Part shown: positions 1-10,849 of the stretch, one piece after another
How positions within the stretch are numbered: the first letter of the stretch is position 1
Layout of the letters: every line of letters starts with the position of its first letter
Assembly: GCA_001949185.1 (NCBI GenBank)
Contig: BDGG01000003.1
Span: forward strand, 712,115-776,114
Origin: Ramazzottius varieornatus
Lineage: Eukaryota > Animalia > Tardigrada
DNA: 64,000 bases
Direction of reading: 5' to 3'
The notes under the pieces: generated by a model
Databases searched by the model: none
What the model saw: the letters and a program-made list of their open reading frames with translations, nothing else
Told to the model about the DNA's origin: nothing
Made by a program: the position numbers and the translations under genes

Positions 1-298
1 GGCCAAAGCCTCGCGAGAACGCGAGTTTGCCTTAATTAAAGAAATCACCGACATCAGCGGGACCATCAAGCCCTACGAAAAGGGGGAAAAGCGAAAGTAG
101 GCCTGCATGCCTGCAAGAACCGGCCAAGATCAAAGCGCAACACGGTAAATCTTTTCCCTATATGCGCGTTAGTTGGTCAATCTGTTCTGACCTGTTTGAA
201 TATTTGTCCAGATTCTTACGTGCCGTCCAATGCTGAAGCGGTCGTTGGGGACACAGACGCCAAGTCGGGCTTGCCATTGCAGAGTGCAGCCAACGCTC
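1..298 (+). pseudogene. PI4KA: PI4-kinase III alpha fragment, copy A (runs off window start)
   Basis: Reads REFALIKEITDISGTIKPYEKGEKRK* / intron / YVPSNAEAVVGDTDAKSGLPLQSAANA, matching PI4KA ..IKPYPKGDERK..YLPSNPEA..KSGTPMQSAAKA. Has an in-frame stop and is near-identical to 11026-11330. Confidence 0.8.
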
Positions 299-3059
299 AA
301 ATTTTTCCTTACCTTCCAAAGATTTTACATTAGTCTTATTCCTCGGTACAGTGCTTCATTTTAGCTAGGTTATCTGTGTATCTGTGTTATCTGTGTATCT
401 CAGTGAGGAACAAGTTTATGGAAGTGAACGGGAAGTGACGGAAAGAACCAGGAAAACAGAAAAGTCTAAACGAGAGGTATGTGATGTCATGTGGTCGTAC
501 CTAGTCATGTCATGCTATACACTGATTAATTGTTGTGGCTTGCACTTGATGGTGATTCGAATGCGATTCACTCTCGCACCAAATTACCAACTCCTTCCAA
601 GTCGTGCACCGTGACTGTACCGGTACAGGCAGTGCGCGTCTACTGGAAAACCCACGGTGTGCAACGTTTCAAGCTGGGTACGTTTACTGTGGTAAAATTT
701 GATTCTTCAGTTTCCGGTTAGTTTCTGCTGGTTTTGTACGGGCAGCTTTATTCCCATCTGAGGATGTAGGAATGTCATCCACTGTTTCTGCCGCAGCCCC
801 TTACTATACTAGGCCGGTTGTGAAGCAACCTAGTGAAGGCACGTTGAAGAGGAGACAAGCTAATTTAGCGGTTCTTCTCAGTGATTTATCTGTGCGTCTC
901 GATCGAGAAGTTGCTGCGGACGTGAAGAATAATGGCTTAAACACCGGAGAAGAACAGCTAGATTAGCTTCTCCTTGTCAACGTGTCTCCCGTGAGCAGTT
1001 TCCTGCGTTACTGAACGGCTAAGTACGTCATCCAGGACATCGAAACATCGCTTCTCGGCCAAACCTGAGCAGGTTCCGGTTGGAACGTCCTCTTTGAATT
1101 CCTTTTTACATTTGTTTGCAGTTTATCCGCAAATGTTGGTCGTCCGGTGAACAGCGGTGCTCTTGAAGCTTCAGCGGAGCTCTGTACGTCAAAGAACTTC
1201 CCCGAGCTGGTCAGGTACACGTCTCTCGAATTTTGCCATTTACTTGCAACCGCACCGCAATGACGTATTAAATACGTTTGGACGAAACTATTTTTTAATC
1301 AATGTTGTCGATTGTGCCTGTGACTTCGTGCGCATGGTTACGCTTGTGAGCAGGTTTTAGGCGTGGAAATGCCTCGACCAGCGAATCCTTTTTACGGGGA
1401 CATATACATAATTGTCCTAGGAGACGAGACTGTTGTAGTTGCGGAAGTTTGTGGCAGATACGGTGCAGATGACACGAACTTTCGAAGATGGCTCGATCGA
1501 AAGAAGCCCCCACATACGCTGTCGAAAAGTCAGCAATCTACCAGAAAGTATGTTCTTGTTTCCATTAGCCTTACCTGCTCTGAATACATCGTCGTTACTT
1601 CCATGTTGACAGAATGGCGGATCGACGACGCTGTGAAGGTGATTGAGGAGAAAGATCTGGCGCGGGAGACAGTGAACACGTCGACTTTCTGCCGGTATTC
1701 AGGAATTTCCAGGAACTCTGTGGCTTCTCGACAACTTTGAAAGATAAAGTTGGACAACGAAGTCGGCCCTATCGATTGCTTGGTAGATCAATGTGGCTAC
1801 GAGAATCCGCCTGTTCGACCGGCATCGCGCAGGTGCGCCGGATGTCACAAGCGTTTTCCCTGTTGGTAAGTTTTAAACCTACAGCCAACCAAGATTTGCC
1901 TTCAGAATGGAAAGTTGGATGTGTTTACAGGTGTGTCAACGCTATCTTACCTCTTTACGTGGAGACCCTCTCCTGCTACTGGGCCGAGTGTACGGAAACT
2001 ACGACGTTCAGTAGAATTCATCCGCAAACTCTTTGCCGGTACACGGGTGTAAAAACGCCATTTTGCGGAGGAACGAAAGCATGCGCACAGACACGATATG
2101 TGGGAGCGAGGCAGAGCAGGCAAACCAATTCAGGTGGGAACGCCCAAGTTCGTCGAATGGCTACTTGCACAAGAACAGACAGAGTAAGTTCTCGACTGAA
2201 CGATCTCGATGAGTCTGAACGTATCATCGTTTGAGCCTTTTCCCAAGTCGCAAAAATTGTCAGTGTTAGCGTGCGCCACTTGGATGACGATCTCGATGGG
2301 TCTGGATGTTTTCCGATGTCGCGCACGTTGTCAGTCTTAGCAGCTGGTAGCGTGTGCCAGTAATCTAACCGACAGAGAATCACTGATTCTGAAACAAGGA
2401 TTTTTGGGGGTTTTCACAGGACAGTCGTCGAGTAGCCCGGGAGCGGAGTAGTCGGATGGAAGCCGAAAAACGTGCGCTAGGGGAGAAAACGATGGGGTTT
2501 AGTTTATGAAGGAGGGAGTTCAACTGGTCGCTAAAATTGCTGAACGTGTGGCTAGATGACGTCTCAGTGTTCACGCCCCTTGCTCCTTTAGAAAGAGGGC
2601 AAGAAAATGAGAGGCGGAGTTTGGAAAATTCCGTGGTAACATTGTGTCTTAGGCAGCAACGCCCTGTGACCAGTCACATCACTCACATGAAATTTTTTCC
2701 AGTCACTTTTCTATCGCGGTGAAGATTTTTCAACAGCCTTCCGGGTTCTTCTCCTTCCCGTTCCCCTGTGTTTCTGAGACTTCCTCATCCCTTACGCTGT
2801 GCTAGTTTACCTGTTGTTCAGTGTATGCTTTGTGTCTTCACAGGTGACTTCGCTCGTCATCAGTTCCTGTCTTCGTGTTTCCATTCGACAAGATGTCCGT
2901 TATCCTCCTCTCCAAGAACGTAAAGAATGCTGAGGTCCAAGTACAGCCACTCTGCAACGTCCGTGTATCCACAGTCTATCCTGCTAACACTCGCGCTGGC
3001 AACATCACCGAGTATTTGAATGGCAAGGCGATAAAGTGGCAACAATCTGTCCTCATCCT

Positions 3060-3803
3060 ACTGGATAACCGTGAGATTCCAGTTCCATAGAACCTTCTGC
3101 ACCTTGCAGCCTGTTCCGGTGAAGATTTGTGAGAATATTCTGTTTCTAATCGGTGCTACGACTAAGCCCAGATGAACGCGGTAAGTGAAATCTGAACAGA
3201 GTCCAGTTACTGTTTGTCGGAAACAGTTGGAAGCATATTGGAAGATGCGGGCTACATACGAGATAGAATCTGCAGACACGTCTGGATGTGTACATAGCGC
3301 ACAACCCATCCGGGACTTCAAGTCAAAATATTTTCCACTTCGCTCAACACGTAATATGAAAAACTTTTCTTCTCCCGACCGCACATTCGTCCACGAAACT
3401 TTACGTCATTTTCCGTTGAGGTGTCAGAAGTGTGACTTTGGCTCCGAGAAGGAAAACATGAAGCATTACGGTAGCAACCAACCTCCGGAATATCCCATAG
3501 CAGATCTCAAGGTTCCCATTGCGCTGATCTACTCCGATAACGACTGGCTTGCCACTCCCAAAGACGTATTATGTATCGGTCTCCACATCACACTCCTAAA
3601 ACTCATGGCCAAGAAGCTTATAAAACTTTTTCGCTTTTGGGCTACGAGAGGAATTGAAAGGTGAAGTCGATCTGTACCGTGTTCCGTATCTGAAGTGGAA
3701 CCATCTAGACTCTATCTGGGGTATCGATGCTAACATGCACGTTTACCCGGAAGTTCTGCGTATTCTCAAAAAGCACAATAAGATAATGGGATATGTTGTC
3801 TAA
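3060..3803 (+). pseudogene. Acid lipase (LIPA/gastric lipase family), C-terminal half, multi-exon
   Basis: Exons read ICENILFLIG, TRLDVYIAHNPSGTSSQNIFHFAQ, DFGSEKENMKHYGSNQPPEY..VPIALIYSDNDWLATPKDV and YRVPYLKWNHLDSIWG. Catalytic Asp and His motifs are present. There are frameshifts and stops, and no GHSQG exon. Confidence 0.85.
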
Positions 3804-4099
3804 TCTTTAGTCTGCCTTGTGATGTCTTCTGATGACAGCAAAAATCTTCAGTCTCACCACTGGCACGTAGATAAAGCTCGGCGAAGAGAAAACAATACTT
3901 TTCGCCGTTTTTCGCCACGGTGAAGAAATTTTTGATCAACCAATCCGTCAAATATGCAATACTTTTATTTCAGAATTAGAAGACGTCATCACAACGCGCT
4001 ACTGCAGAGCGGCTTTTGGGGGCTGATCCAACCTGTTGATCCTAGTTTTTTTCCAGGACGTCTAAGGACTTCAAGCGGTGTATTCCGGTCTTAGAAAGT

Positions 4100-5300
4100 G
4101 CTTTATCAATACTTTGAGAGATTTGAAGAAGAAAAGGCGAGTAGGTCCGGATTTCTACTTGAAACTGATCTCTCGGAAGAGTTGCATAAGAAGACGTTTA
4201 TGAAGAAAGCTGGAACTTTGGTACGAATATTGGGGAACGTCTTGAAGCTGATATGGAGAACTACAGGATGGCTCCTTCCGCAAGAAAGATCATCGTCCGT
4301 GGACGGAAAACGAGATACGTTCTCGGCTGCAGCGGTAGATGGTATAATAAACCAGAAGGACGTTATTTAGGCGATGATTTCTTCCTGTCGCGTGAATGCG
4401 AAGCAAGTCCGGCATGAGCTGTCGTATCCCCAGAACGACCAGTACTATATAAACCTCTCGAAAGCTGCTCGAGAAGAAGAGTATTCACTTCGTCCATTCA
4501 TGATGAGGGAGAAGGCGGTGCTGAAAGCGCGTGAACCGGGAATCGATAGATTTCTGGGAAGTCAAGGCTAGGTTAACCGGTGCAGGCGACATAAAGTTCG
4601 CTTCATTACTCTCTACGGTAACGAGTGACAAACACTTTTCAAATGAAACCCTCGACTCAGTTGTCTGGTGTGTCTCGTTTCAGGAGAAGGTGGAAACGCT
4701 GATTTGAATGCGATCGACAACTGGCTGCACATCGCCCTTCCGACGGCTTTGCTGAATGTCGATCCGGCAAATGTTTACAACACCGATGAGACCGGAATTT
4801 CCTGGCGCGAGCTAGGCAATAAGACCCTTCTTATCGGTACTGAAGAAGTTTGGGGAACAAAGCTGATAGAAGATCGCACCAGAGGTATGTTGACGTGCTC
4901 TGCTACAGGAGACATGCTATTTGTCAAAATCGTCGCCTTTTTTAAAGTTCCCCATCCTGATCGTCGAAACGGGTGGTTGGAAGTTACGGTAGAAAACCAT
5001 GGTCTCCACCACTTTCAGGACAAAACTGCTTGGGCAACGAAAGCTACATATGGCCCGTGGCTCGACTGGTTAAACCAAGACGTGATCAAGCAGGGACGGC
5101 GCATCACCGTGCTTGCGGATAATTTTGCCGCTCACCAGGTCAGAAGTCACTCAAATGCTAACCTGGTGTTTCTGCCCGCCACATTCAGATTACAGCCGCC
5201 GGACATTCTGGAACAGAGCGGCGAACCATGACACATTGGCAGTGAGTAATGGCACGCCATACGGTTCAAACGTGGTAAAACAGCTGATCGGCTGAGCATT
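4100..5300 (+). mobile_element. Decayed pogo/Tigger-type transposase (CENP-B HTH + DDE_1)
   Basis: MMREKA..FLGSQG*VNR..TLYG|EGG, NVYNTDETG, RGMLTCSATG, VLADNFAAH, LVFLP. Contains stops and has an intron at 4618-4683. TIRs were not located. Confidence 0.8.
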
Positions 5301-5772
5301 TCGTGACAAATCAAAATACAGAAACAAAGAGCTTCACGTCTCTGCAGCAATTTCGAGCCGTAACTTCCGGTTACCGCAGTACCTTCCAGGAATTGTTTGC
5401 GCACTGGGTTCTATAGCTGGAACTGTGCGCCAGACTCTCCTCTAACTTCCTGTGAAGTTTGAGCATCGGGATTTGATGGTTGGCGTAATCCCCTCTTAAA
5501 GAAGTGAGGATTATTCTTGTACTGTATCATTGTCAAATTGACGGTTTAGCTACACGCACAGAGTGTCTAGCATGTGGAAAAGTTTGCATAAGTGAGGTTT
5601 CCACTCGATTGAATGAATGGCAACGTGTCGTTCGTCGCCAACAACATTATGGATACCAGATTTTGGAACTGCAAAAGCCGAAGAGAATATCGGCGATCCG
5701 GTATTCTAGCAGAAGCATTCTAGCAGAAAATTTCTGTGAAGTCATTTCGTATGGCAGCTCTCCAAGGTTGGC

Positions 5773-6320
5773 TCAACAGCCCAAAGACGAATCTGAAGTT
5801 CCGTTATCGACATTCACGCACACGAAGCAATCACAACAGGATCCTGCAGTACCGTCTGGGTACTTACCAGTGCAGGAATTCCACTGTGCTTTATGGTGAG
5901 CCGCGAGACTCGAAAGTCTACAGTACTTTTACCGCGGGTGTACGCGCGGATAAACTGACTTTATCCGCGGGTGGATGCGCGGATGAAGTATTTCACCGCG
6001 CATGTGCCCGCGGATAGAGACATTTCACCGCGCGTGCATGCGCGGATAAACTAGTTTCTCCGCGCGTACACCCGCGGTAGAAGTACTGTGGACTTTTGAA
6101 TCGCCCGACTCACCATAGTTGTTTGTCGAGGTGGGGTCACGGTTCGGAGTGACAACAAAATTCGTTTATGGGTGGTGGGTCCTGCTGTCGTGGGGGTGGT
6201 TCGCGGCGCAAGGCTTATACGTCCATTGCCGTTCGCTTTCTGTCCACTCGCTCCTGAGGGAGGCTCATTCTGCCCATTTTTCAAGGTGACTTGTGCCGTT
6301 TTTCTCATCGGGCGCGGACT
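5773..6320 (-). pseudogene. Paralog of the orphan secreted protein at 6684-7100, interrupted by a MITE
   Basis: 6135-6296 is clearly similar at DNA level to 6815-6975. Removing MITE 5894-6115 plus one TA restores the frame ..PRQTTKAQWNSCTGKYPDGTAGSCCDCFVCVNVDNGTSDSSLGC*. No signal peptide was found upstream. Confidence 0.75.
5894..6115. mobile_element. MITE with ~60-bp TIRs and TA TSD (Tc1/mariner type)
   Basis: TGGTGAGCCG..GTACGCGCGGA at the left end and TCCGCGCGTAC..ACTCACCA at the right end. TA lies at 5892-5893 and 6116-6117. Internal CCGCGG/GCGGAT repeats. Confidence 0.9.
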
Positions 6321-6683
6321 TAAACTTCGACAAACCAGGAAGTAGGCCCGTAGATCTTGCGGTAAGCTCGGAAACCTTTTGCAGACTGTCAACTCTATTT
6401 ACGGAATAAATGAGATCTCTGCGGTGCGCTTCACTCCTCAGTGTCGCTTGGTGCAACGGGCCACAGCGTTTTCCTACTGACCAGTAATTTCTGCTCAATA
6501 AATCACTGATGCAGTTATGATATGCATAAATTCGGGCGATACTGCGTAGTGACGTATAGACAAAGGCAGATCCGTTTACATGGACAGAATCAATCAGATG
6601 GTCACATTTTCGTCAACTGCAATTTACACACGGCATTGTCCTTTGAGGATACTAAGGTTGTGTAGGTAAGAACGATTATTTCT

Positions 6684-7100
6684 TCAGGGAGCACACGTCG
6701 CGCCTGGGTTGAAAGAGCAGGCGACACAGTCTTTGACGCATGGCTCAGTGGGACTTGTCGGTGCGCCAATACCAGTGCACGGGTCGCAGTCACCTTGCGG
6801 TGTCACGGTCACCGGAACGGTTCGAGGCGACAACGAAATTCGTTTGAGGGTGGTGGGTCCTGCTGTTGTGGTGGTTGTTCGTGGTGCAAGGCTTATGCGT
6901 CCTTGGCCCTTCGCTTTCTGTCTACTCGCTCCTGAGGGAAGCTTATTCTGCACCTTTCTCGGGGTGGCTTGTGCAAGTTTTTTTCCGGCATTTGCCTTAG
7001 CGCCAACAGGACGGGGATTTCCCTTTCCTTCATCCGCATCAGTCGTCTGCAGGCAGAGCACAACCAATAACGTCAAGCAAGACAGACGAAGCCACAACAT
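6684..7100 (-). CDS. Orphan secreted protein, 138 aa (signal peptide, Lys/Arg-rich, Thr-rich, 6-Cys tail)
   Basis: ATG at 7100 follows acceptor tttctttcag. A 5' UTR intron donor gtgagt lies at 7207 and a TATA box upstream. Signal peptide MLWLRLSCLTLLVVLCLQTTDA; tail CDPCTG..PCVKDCVACSFNPGATC. Confidence 0.8.
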   Translation of the reverse strand: MLWLRLSCLTLLVVLCLQTTDADEGKGNPRPVGAKANAGKKLAQATPRKVQNKLPSGASRQKAKGQGRISLAPRTTTTTAGPTTLKRISLSPRTVPVTVTPQGDCDPCTGIGAPTSPTEPCVKDCVACSFNPGATCAP

Positions 7101-7270
7101 GTTGCCTGAAAGAAAAAATACAACATCAGTACACGATCTACGTGGGACAGGTGGAAAAGCGGCAACGATATAACTCGAGTGAGATGTCAACAGAGCTACT
7201 TACTCACTTTGTGAGTTCGGTTCCGAAGCAGTCTGGAGAAAGATGAGATGATGCGAAGCAGCTTCAAAGT

Positions 7271-7280
7271 CTTTTTATAT
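7271..7280 (-). promoter_or_regulatory. TATA box of the orphan secreted-protein gene
   Basis: ATATAAAAAG on the minus strand, ~65 nt upstream of the 5' UTR intron donor. Confidence 0.55.
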
Positions 7281-8167
7281 CATGGTTGACAATAACTTTA
7301 AACAAGGGGCAACATTCCATCGCCTGTTGTCGTCGATGCGAGGAAGAATTCAGAGTGGAAACCATAATTAGAAGCTCTTGGCATGGAAGAAGAGGTAAAT
7401 CACAATAGGTAATTTCTTTTTGATATTCTAAGTCAAACGCAGCCTCACCAGGTCCCGCCAGAAAGTTCGGAGAAGCTCTTCAACCAATGCCCTTCACAGC
7501 TCGCTGATGTCGGAACCGCCACAATAAGGGTGTTAGTTGTCTGGTATAATTTGAATACGGAAACAGAAGTGATCATCTGGCCACGAAATCACCGGCCAAA
7601 AATTTCCTTCTGTTTTCATTATAGAATGTGTAATTGCAGAGGAACCGTAGTGAACAAAGACCAGTCCTGTGGTACCTAGCCAGTCAGCTCAACTGCCAGG
7701 CGTAAACCTGATTGTTTGTATTTATATTACGCAGCATTTCCGCAATCAATACGGCAGCAGGTTCTACATGAGCGAACGCTTTCAATCTGCATAGGTTTTT
7801 TTTCTACCGACAAGGAAGCAAGAAAGCCATACGAAAACAACTTTCAAAGTCAACTCAACCACCGTGGAAGAATTTAGTATTTACTGCAAGGTTTAGTAGC
7901 AGAGATGTCTTTGCAGAAGGACAATTTGTTAGCGAGAAAGCTTCTCAGAACAAGGAATTGTTTCCGAAGCCATTTCGGCATCATCGGATACTGGTTCTCT
8001 CAGTGTCATATCTAGGTCACAGATCTTTTGTCGCCGAAGAACTGCAAAACGGGTTATCTCTTCGCATAGGTGGCATTGTACGCGATGTCTTGTACAATTA
8101 TACAAACTCATCAACAGCGAGTTTCTGGATTCAGGGGGAAGCCTTTGGGGAACTGCTAATAACAGTT

Positions 8168-8310
8168 CACGCACCTAACCAAAATGTGGGCCACGGAGCG
8201 AATGCTGCACGGGCTAACAGAAGTCGACCAATCAATTAAATCAATTGGAGCAGCACCGCTTTTGCTCCGTGGCCCATATTGCCCATGCCCACATTTAGGT
8301 TAGGTTCGTG
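8168..8310. mobile_element. Small MITE-like inverted repeat
   Basis: CACGCACCTAACCAAAATGTGGGCCACGGAGC paired with GCTCCGTGGCCCA..CCCACATTTAGGTTAGGTTCGTG. Confidence 0.65.
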
Positions 8311-8614
8311 TACCCCCAATACAGCACACGATCACTACCAGTATAATTCAATCGTCGTTATCCCGGTAAGAACATACACTTCGAAGCAAAATGGTAAGAA
8401 ACGGATATAAATTCTGTTCAAGACTAGCCAGACGCAAGATGTCCGTCGTGAAAGTAGCTCAAGCATCACGACAGTCCTTTTCGCTCTCAGTGCTATTGGT
8501 ATGCCAGTTCTGAGGCACGGATTTCAAGGACCTTGCGATACCATCGTTACCGTATGCTGGTGGGTATAACCGTCGTCACCGAGGTTGTGCGCGATGCTAC
8601 GGTGACGGCCTCAG

Positions 8615-9741
8615 TGGAATCTAAGGTGGAGGCACTTCGCGTGGCAAGACTTTTACGAGGAGACCCTTCGCTTTCAGTGCAGTTCCACTGGATACCGATT
8701 ACTTCTTGAAAATATGTCAAAGGAATTTTGAAGCTGTTCTGCCATTGTCAAGCGGCCAATTTTATGGGGTGGTTGGCCGTGGGAACTCCTGGCGCCGAGA
8801 ATCTGGCAGCCTTCGTAAGTCTATTGTGTATGATGAATTTATTTCAGGAACAGAGGTTGGGAAAGCGTTGCCTTCTAGAGTCAACCATTTACATCTGAAA
8901 ATTCAGTTAGCAAAGTTTTCTATTGCATTCGACACGGTGCCTATGTCTATACCAGCTAGCTGAAATTTCCGATGGTCAGTTTTTCTGCAAGCTTTGGCTT
9001 GCAGGTCGAGCTGTGGTGAGCCGGAAGATGACTGAGGAAACCGCACAAAGCTCCCCTGCATGCATCACTAACGTCTAAATGCAGCAGTTGGTCATCAATT
9101 TCAACGTCGAGACCACGAACGCAACTGGTCACGTTCCGAAAAGCCTCTTTGACAGAAGTATTCGAAGCACCTGGGCGTGGCTGAGATGTGGGCAAAGGGT
9201 TAAATATCGCGCCAGGAAAACATTCACGCATTTCTTTCACGTCGTCCATTACGTATTTCGTAATTACAGAGATCAAACCTTCCGGTACGAGGCTCTACAG
9301 CCAGCCGAACCTCTCATGCGTAGACCTCACTTACGGTACTCCGAATCAACAATATAATAGGTCGTGCATGGGAGAACTCAATTTTGCATGAAACATGATG
9401 CCGATTCTCGTAGTGCGCAAAATTCTGGGGAAAAAATTTCTTGTTGGAGATCTCGTTTGACAGATTCGATAGAACAATGGTCACGCTACATTTTGACTGC
9501 TTAGCTTTGTTCTTGACACTGTCACGTGACGGCAGAGCAGCACCCAAAAGTAGCCTTCATTTCCTTGTCTAAACCCGCATTTATATGAGTTGATTGATTG
9601 AAGTCCCGATTCGGTGGTAACGTGGTCAGAAAGTATAAAGTATCTTCTAGACTTTGAATCTTCAAAATCGGACAGCGGGGTCAGAAGATACAAGCAAAAA
9701 AAGGAAGACCATGGGGTGGCCATGACCTATGGGCCTGACTG
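8615..9741 (+). pseudogene. Possible decayed ionotropic (glutamate/IR-type) receptor ligand-binding-domain remnant
   Basis: Motifs appear in S1/S2 order across frameshifts: LRVA..TFTRRPF, NFEAVLPLSSGQFYGVVGRGNSW, VYDEFISG, AKFSIAFDTVPMSI, DQTFRYEAL, AWENSIL, HGVAMTYG. Confidence 0.4.
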
Positions 9742-10041
9742 TACACTCCCGGATTCAGCAAGAATGATCTCAGCTTCCTATTCGCGCTTTTGTCAACAAA
9801 CACTCGACCATCTTTATTCGCGTTGGTCAGCGTCTCCAAAAACCCTTCAATCACCATCAACGGAGAACCCATGCTGGCCGACTCGTCCACTGACGCTTCC
9901 ATCCCTTCCGGATACCGCTCAGAAAATGACATCAGCTTCCTCGCAATCAAACTCTTCTTACAGTATGCCAGGATTTTAAACAGGTTGATCGTGTCGAGCT
10001 TGGCTCCGGTCAAGAATCTATCGGTGGTTCTAACTTCTGTC
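9742..10041 (-). pseudogene. DDX11: Duplicated fragment of DDX11 exon 5
   Basis: Same-orientation copy of ~13059-13357. Positions 9796-10005 are identical to 13113-13322. Confidence 0.95.
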
Positions 10042-10057
10042 TAATGCAGTGCTGCAA

Positions 10058-10607
10058 CAGAGGGGTCCCCGACCGGTGCTCATCCTGCAACATGGTACAC
10101 AATAATACATCAATTACTCTAAATGTCCAGCCATGTCGTCCCATGTCAGGCTTGCGAATCTATTTACATTACTGTACCTACGCGTACGTCTGAGAGTTTG
10201 ACTACACCTAAAAACAAGGACTTCTCTAGGACTTTTATGCAGCAGTACCGACTGGATAACGAACCTTCCCGGTGAAAGCCTTGGTAAACAGTTCATACTG
10301 TGCGCATTAATCTCTTCTTGCTGCTGGATTGATCCGGATCGAACGTGAAGGTGTTTGCGCTACGATTGAACTGGCTTCGTCTCGTTTAGGTTTCATTTTG
10401 GCCGATGCGGGATATGATGTGTGGTTAGGCAATATGCGTGGAGATTTCTACGGTCTGAACCACAGAACACTCGCCGTAAAGTCAAGAGAATTTTGGGACT
10501 TCGGGTCATCCTCGATCATCCCTTGTCATGCACTCCTTCTTCGCGATTGGCCTAAATTCTCATTTGAATTTTCAGCTTCGACGAAATGGCCGAGTACGAC
10601 ATGCCCC
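10058..10607 (+). pseudogene. Acid lipase N-terminal half, 4 exons with introns
   Basis: GPRPVLILQH|GLLCSSTDWITNLPGESL|[23 protein letters not shown]|[10 protein letters not shown]. Truncated before GHSQG. Confidence 0.9.
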
Positions 10608-10849
10608 CATCATCAACAATCAGCCATGCAAGAAACTAATCATCCCGATATTCTGTACACTTTTCTCAAACAGGCTTTCCCCCGGGAATATCTCGGAAGA
10701 AAGAACTACGTCACATCGGTGTACTCGAGGTTCACAACAAAAAAGTCGTCTTGCGCTGGCCAGTGGGAACAGTTACCACAAAACAGTAAGGAGGAACCGG
10801 AACACCCACGGATTAGTTTCTCAGCCACGAACCAACCGCATTTCAAACT

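Noticed and set aside
6709-7173. 154-aa plus-strand ORF
   Set aside because: Antisense shadow. The signal peptide, splice sites and TATA box all support the minus strand.
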